From Candidatus Woesearchaeota archaeon (GTDB taxonomy: Archaea > Nanobdellota > Nanobdellia > Woesearchaeales > ARS49): DNA of 24,000 bases. Below are positions 20,418-24,000 of the stretch, in pieces (position 1 is the first letter of the stretch; every line of letters starts with the position of its first letter). Position numbers and translations under genes: made by a program. Below the pieces are notes generated by a model. That model saw only the letters and a program-made list of their open reading frames with translations. It had not been told where the DNA came from and ran no database searches. The stretch is taken from positions 411,000-434,999 of the forward strand of contig JAHWHZ010000001.1 in NCBI GenBank assembly GCA_019322895.1, written 5' to 3'.

Positions 20418-20617
20418 AGATCAAAGATTTGAAAGCAATGCCGGATGCAGAACTCAAGGCCAAGAAGCTTGAGCTGATGAACGAGCTGGTTAAAGAAAGA
20501 GCTCAGGTAGCTACCGGCACTGTGCCTAAAAATCCCAGCAAGATTAAGCTTGCGAGAAGGACAATAGCGAGAATCAACACGATTCTTGCTGAGAAGGAGG
20601 TTTCGAAAAAAGCATGA
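20414..20617 (+). CDS. rpl29: 50S ribosomal protein uL29
   Basis: LKAMPDAELKAKKLELMNELVKERAQ and operon position. ATGA overlaps on both sides. Confidence 0.92.
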   Translation: MKIKDLKAMPDAELKAKKLELMNELVKERAQVATGTVPKNPSKIKLARRTIARINTILAEKEVSKKA

Positions 20618-20949
20618 CGGCATGTCCAAGATGCGGTCTACCAAAGGATCTCTGTGTTTGTGAGAGCATCGCAAAAGAGAGCCAGAAAATCATCGTGAAG
20701 ATAGAGAAGAAAAAATACGGAAAGAAATACACGATGATTTCCGGGATCGATCCAAAAGAGATTGACCTCGATAAGCTGGCAAAACAGCTCAAAGCAAAGT
20801 TTGCTTGCGGCGGCACTGTCAAGAGCAATGTCATTGAGCTGCAGGGCGGAGGCGGCCAGTCAAAGGCTGCAGAAGAAAGGCACCTGCAGGAAGTCAAGCA
20901 GATTTTGATTGAGAACGGCTTTGCTCCAGAAACAATACAGATCGAATAG
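20614..20949 (+). CDS. sui1: Translation initiation factor aIF1 / SUI1
   Basis: CPRCGLPKDLCVCESIAKESQKI zinc knuckle and FACGGTVKSNVIELQG. About 10 extra residues sit after ELQG relative to the remembered M. jannaschii sequence. Confidence 0.9.
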   Translation: MTACPRCGLPKDLCVCESIAKESQKIIVKIEKKKYGKKYTMISGIDPKEIDLDKLAKQLKAKFACGGTVKSNVIELQGGGGQSKAAEERHLQEVKQILIENGFAPETIQIE

Positions 20950-20952
20950 ACC

Positions 20953-21237
20953 ATGCAAAAAGTCAAAAAGCTCATCAAGGATGAGCTGATTGGTAGGACC
21001 GTTGAAATCATTGGCTCAGCCAACAAATCAAATATAGGCATGCGCGGCAAAGTGCTTGACGAAACAAAGCATTTACTGTTCATAGAGACATCAAAGGGAA
21101 TCAAGAAAATCCAGAAGAAAAAAAACATCTTCCAGATAAGGTATCTGGGAGAGAAAGTAAACATCAAAGGCGAGCTTTTGTTTGGCGCGCCTGCTGAAAG
21201 AATCAAGACAAAGGTGAAAAATGAAAACACAACCTGA
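20953..21237 (+). CDS. rnp1: RNase P protein component 1 (Rpp29/Pop4)
   Basis: LIGRTVEIIGSANKSNIGMRGKVLDETKHLLFIET, and the conserved position between sui1 and rps17. Confidence 0.88.
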   Translation: MQKVKKLIKDELIGRTVEIIGSANKSNIGMRGKVLDETKHLLFIETSKGIKKIQKKKNIFQIRYLGEKVNIKGELLFGAPAERIKTKVKNENTT

Positions 21238-21685
21238 CAAAAAAAATCAACCAGGCCAAGATAGCTTAAGCCTTAGAGGCCGAACTTTCAAGGGGGTCGT
21301 CATTGCTGACGGAATGCAGAAAACAGTCACAGTTGAATGGGAAAGAAGGAAAAACGTCAGGAAATATGAAAGATACGAGAAAAAAAGAGCGCGCGTCAAG
21401 GCTCATAATCCTGAAAATGTAAATGCAAAGAAAGGGGATATCGTAGAGATAAAGGAATGCAGGCCTTTAAGCAAGACAAAACATTTTGTTGTTGCCAAGA
21501 AAATCGGCGAAGAACGGCTTTTTGCAGAAAGAGAAAAGTCGCTTGAAGAATCAAAGGTCAAACAAAAAAAGGCTGAAAAACCTGCTGAAGAAAAATCAGA
21601 AGAGGTTCTGCCAGAAGAACCTAAACAAAAAGAAGCGGCTACTGAAGAGGAAAAAGTAGAGGAAGCAAAAGATGAAAGCAGTTAA
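21221..21685 (+). CDS. rps17: 30S ribosomal protein uS17 with a K/E-rich C-terminal extension
   Basis: GRTFKGVVIADGMQKTVTVEWERRK...GDIVEIKECRPLSKTKHFVV, then ~55 aa of E/K-rich tail. The exact start is uncertain because of a 17-nt overlap with rnp1. Confidence 0.9.
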   Translation: MKTQPDKKNQPGQDSLSLRGRTFKGVVIADGMQKTVTVEWERRKNVRKYERYEKKRARVKAHNPENVNAKKGDIVEIKECRPLSKTKHFVVAKKIGEERLFAEREKSLEESKVKQKKAEKPAEEKSEEVLPEEPKQKEAATEEEKVEEAKDESS

Positions 21686-22073
21686 AGCATCTGTTGGGAG
21701 GGTATTGCCCCATAATGCAAAGATAATTGCATGCGATAATTCAGGAGCAAGAATATTGAAAGTCATAAGTGTATTCGGCCATAAGACAAGAAAAGGCAGG
21801 TACTCTGCTGCAGGCGTGGGAGACAAGATAAAAGCGTCTGTTGTCGTCGGCAAACCTGACATGAGAAAGCAGGTTGTTGTGGCGGTTATAGTGCGCCAGA
21901 AAAAAGAATATTTGCGCAAAGACGGCACAAGAATAAGTTTTGAAGATAATGCTGCAGTCATCTTGAAAGATGATTTGGGCAATACAAAAGGAACAATGGT
22001 CAAAGGCCCTGTTGCAAAAGAGGCCTGTGAAAGATGGCCTGCAATCGCAAAGATTGCAAGCCTGGTGGTTTAA
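21672..22073 (+). CDS. rpl14: 50S ribosomal protein uL14
   Basis: IIACDNSGARILKVISV...AAVILKDDLGNTKGTMVKGPVAKE. Confidence 0.95.
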   Translation: MKAVKASVGRVLPHNAKIIACDNSGARILKVISVFGHKTRKGRYSAAGVGDKIKASVVVGKPDMRKQVVVAVIVRQKKEYLRKDGTRISFEDNAAVILKDDLGNTKGTMVKGPVAKEACERWPAIAKIASLVV

Positions 22074-22082
22074 AGGTCAAAA

Positions 22083-22448
22083 ATGAAATGGTCAAGCGCT
22101 TGGAAATCAAGCAAACAACCGACAAAACAGAGAAAATATGCAAGAAATGCTCCTAAGCATGTGCGCAGCAAGCAGTTGAGCAGCCACCTATCTGCAGATC
22201 TGCGCAAGAAGCATGGTAAGAGGTCCATGCGGATAAGAAACGGCGACAAAGTAAAGGTAATGATAGGCAATTTCAAGGGCAAGACAGGAAAAGTGGAGCG
22301 TGTTGACACAAAAAAACAGCGCATTTACATTACAGGGATAGAGCTTCTGAAAAAAGACGGAAGCAAGACCCTTTACCCAATCAAGGCATCAAACATAATG
22401 ATTCAAGAGCTTGATTTAAGCGACAAGAGGAGACTCAAGAAAAAATGA
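22083..22448 (+). CDS. rpl24: 50S ribosomal protein uL24
   Basis: KOW motif IRNGDKVKVMIGNFKGKTGKVERV. Confidence 0.93.
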   Translation: MKWSSAWKSSKQPTKQRKYARNAPKHVRSKQLSSHLSADLRKKHGKRSMRIRNGDKVKVMIGNFKGKTGKVERVDTKKQRIYITGIELLKKDGSKTLYPIKASNIMIQELDLSDKRRLKKK

Positions 22449-23128
22449 AATCACACCTAAAAAGATTAGTCACACCAAAAAGCTGGACTTTGCTTAAAAA
22501 AGAAGAGAAATTCGTAGTCAGGCCCAGGCCTGGCGCGCATCCTGCCAAACTCAGCATGCCTATATCTTTGCTGCTGAAGAATCTTGGCTATGCTTCCACG
22601 ACAAAAGAAGCTAAAAAGATACTTAACACAAAAGAAGTGTTTGTCAATGGAAACCGCGTGAAAGAGCACAAGTTGCCTGTTGGTTTCATGGATGTAATAA
22701 TAATCAAAGATACAAAAGATATGTTCAGAATAATTCTGGATGAAAAAGGGCGGCTAAAGATCATTCCGACAGATGAGGATGAATCAAAGCTTAAGCTGTG
22801 CAGGATCAAGAACAAGACTGTGCTGAAAAAAGGAAAAATACAGCTGAACCTTTCAGACAACAGGAATATACTTGTTGAAAAAGACACGTTCAAGGTGGGA
22901 GACAGCGTCTTGATTACAATACCTTTCCAGGAAATCAAGAAGCATTTCAAACTGGAGAAAGGCGCGGCAGTCTATTTGATTGGTGGAAAGCACAGCGGCA
23001 TGAAAGGAGTTATAGAAAACATCGAAGGAACAAAGATGACTTTCACTTCAGCAAGAAACAAGTATGAATCTCTGAAAAAATATGCTTTTGTTATAGGTAA
23101 AGAAAAAGAATCAATAAAACTAGGCTAA
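22445..23128 (+). CDS. rps4e: 30S ribosomal protein eS4
   Basis: N-terminus MKSHLKRLVTPKSW and a length of 227 aa. Operon position. Confidence 0.93.
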   Translation: MKSHLKRLVTPKSWTLLKKEEKFVVRPRPGAHPAKLSMPISLLLKNLGYASTTKEAKKILNTKEVFVNGNRVKEHKLPVGFMDVIIIKDTKDMFRIILDEKGRLKIIPTDEDESKLKLCRIKNKTVLKKGKIQLNLSDNRNILVEKDTFKVGDSVLITIPFQEIKKHFKLEKGAAVYLIGGKHSGMKGVIENIEGTKMTFTSARNKYESLKKYAFVIGKEKESIKLG

Positions 23129-23129
23129 A

Positions 23130-23645
23130 ATGAACCCGATGCAGCAGTTAAGGATAGAGAAAATAACCTTGAATATTGGTGCAGGCAAGGATCCGAACAA
23201 GCTAGACAAGGGCCTGCTTTTAATCAAGGCTATAACTGGAATCGAGCCTATCAAGACAATCACCAGTAAAAGGATTCCTGGTTGGGGACTGCGGCCTGGG
23301 CTGCCTATTGGCTGCAAGCTTACATTGAGAAAAGCAAAAGCAGCAGAGATGCTCAAGCGTCTTCTGGAAGCAAAAGATAAGAAGCTGAAAGATACGCAGT
23401 TTGATGATCAGGGAAACATTTCATTTGGCATTCATGAATATATAGACATTCCGGGAGTTGCTTATGATCCTAAGATAGGTATAATGGGTCTGCAGGTGTG
23501 TGTATCGCTTGAGAGACCTGGCTTCAGGATTAAGCGAAGGCGCCTGGAGCAAAAGAAGATTCCAAAGAAACACCAGATTCGCAAGGAAGAGGCTGTTAAG
23601 TTCATGCAGGATAATTTTGGTGTTATTGTAGGTGATGCAGCATGA
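23130..23645 (+). CDS. rpl5: 50S ribosomal protein uL5
   Basis: [16 protein letters not shown]...[15 protein letters not shown]. Confidence 0.94.
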   Translation: MNPMQQLRIEKITLNIGAGKDPNKLDKGLLLIKAITGIEPIKTITSKRIPGWGLRPGLPIGCKLTLRKAKAAEMLKRLLEAKDKKLKDTQFDDQGNISFGIHEYIDIPGVAYDPKIGIMGLQVCVSLERPGFRIKRRRLEQKKIPKKHQIRKEEAVKFMQDNFGVIVGDAA

Positions 23646-23872
23646 CTATAAGCGATTGGAGAAAAGTCTTGAAGCAGCTGAAGACAAAACCTGCCAAGAT
23701 GAAGAAGTACATTAAGCACAACGCCCCAAAAGATCGCACTGTTGGCAGAAGAAAAATCAAGTGCAGTCAGTGCGGCCGTTACGGCGGGCACGTTAGCAAG
23801 TACGGGCTTGACCTTTGCAGGCACTGTTTTAGGGAGATCGCTCCAAAGATAGGTTTCAAAAAATACAGTTAA
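23642..23872 (+). CDS. rps14: 30S ribosomal protein uS14 (zinc-binding type)
   Basis: [35 protein letters not shown]. The ATGA overlap with rpl5 supports start 23642. An internal Met (MKKYIKHN) would give the more usual ~57 aa. Confidence 0.9.
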   Translation: MTISDWRKVLKQLKTKPAKMKKYIKHNAPKDRTVGRRKIKCSQCGRYGGHVSKYGLDLCRHCFREIAPKIGFKKYS

Positions 23873-23881
23873 GGTGTAAAA

Positions 23882-24000
23882 ATGAACAATGATCCGTTAG
23901 CAAATGCATTGTCAGCAATGCTTAATTACGAGACTGTTGGAAAGAAAGAGATAATCATTACTCCAACCTCGAAAGTGATTTTAGGAGTCTTGAAGATACT
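23882..24000 (+). CDS. rps8: 30S ribosomal protein uS8, N-terminal fragment (runs off the window end)
   Basis: Hand translation MNNDPLANALSAMLNYETVGKKEIIITPTSKVILGVLKIL. DPLAN is the typical uS8 start, and the operon position fits. Confidence 0.85.
   Translation, partial: MNNDPLANALSAMLNYETVGKKEIIITPTSKVILGVLKI

Noticed and set aside
20574-21230. 218-aa minus-strand ORF
   Set aside because: It is antisense to the sui1 and rnp1 genes within the conserved r-protein operon, and its translation is hydrophobic and low-complexity. The same reasoning applies to minus ORFs 17332-17832, 17681-18055, 18099-18632, 19579-19881, 21596-22003 and 22588-22950.

Overview
Gene-dense, low-GC archaeal chromosome segment. 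Archaeal-type r-proteins (eS4, Rpp29, aSUI1 inside the r-protein cluster), BHB-type tRNA introns, TATA-box promoters about 25-30 nt upstream of starts, and many lysine/glutamate-rich tails point to a small-genome DPANN/nanoarchaeal-like lineage; that placement is inference. About 16.0-24.0 kb holds the conserved operon rpl3-rpl4-rpl23-rpl2-rps19-rpl22-rps3-rpl29-sui1-rnp1-rps17-rpl14-rpl24-rps4e-rpl5-rps14-rps8. The first 16 kb is mostly information-processing genes: gyrA N-terminus, ScpB, a radical SAM enzyme, aRNase J, PCNA, Hef helicase/nuclease and a fused PriS-PriL(CTD) primase. It also carries membrane proteins (a GLIC-like pentameric ligand-gated channel, a divergent PAP2, an M50-like protein with a degenerate HExxH), a TraB-family protein, a methyltransferase and several small zinc-binding or coiled-coil proteins. 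Two intron-containing tRNAs were found by hand: tRNA-Leu(CAA) with two BHB introns, and tRNA-Gly(CCC) with one. No CRISPR array, rRNA, transposase or integrase is visible. Most worth follow-up: (1) three translationally coupled, mutually homologous small coiled-coil proteins of unknown family at 3.5-4.7 kb; (2) the tRNA-Leu locus, where both tRNA termini are duplicated outside the gene and the flanks hold strong hairpins and nested leader/trailer complementarity; (3) a CCACTGGWCAC motif exactly 11 nt upstream of the TATA box of both hef and the primase gene; (4) an scpB operon with a non-kleisin-looking ORF in the scpA position, a ~280-aa K/E tail on ScpB and an untracked 47-aa zinc ribbon. 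Gene calls rest on motif recognition in the supplied translations; no database search was possible.
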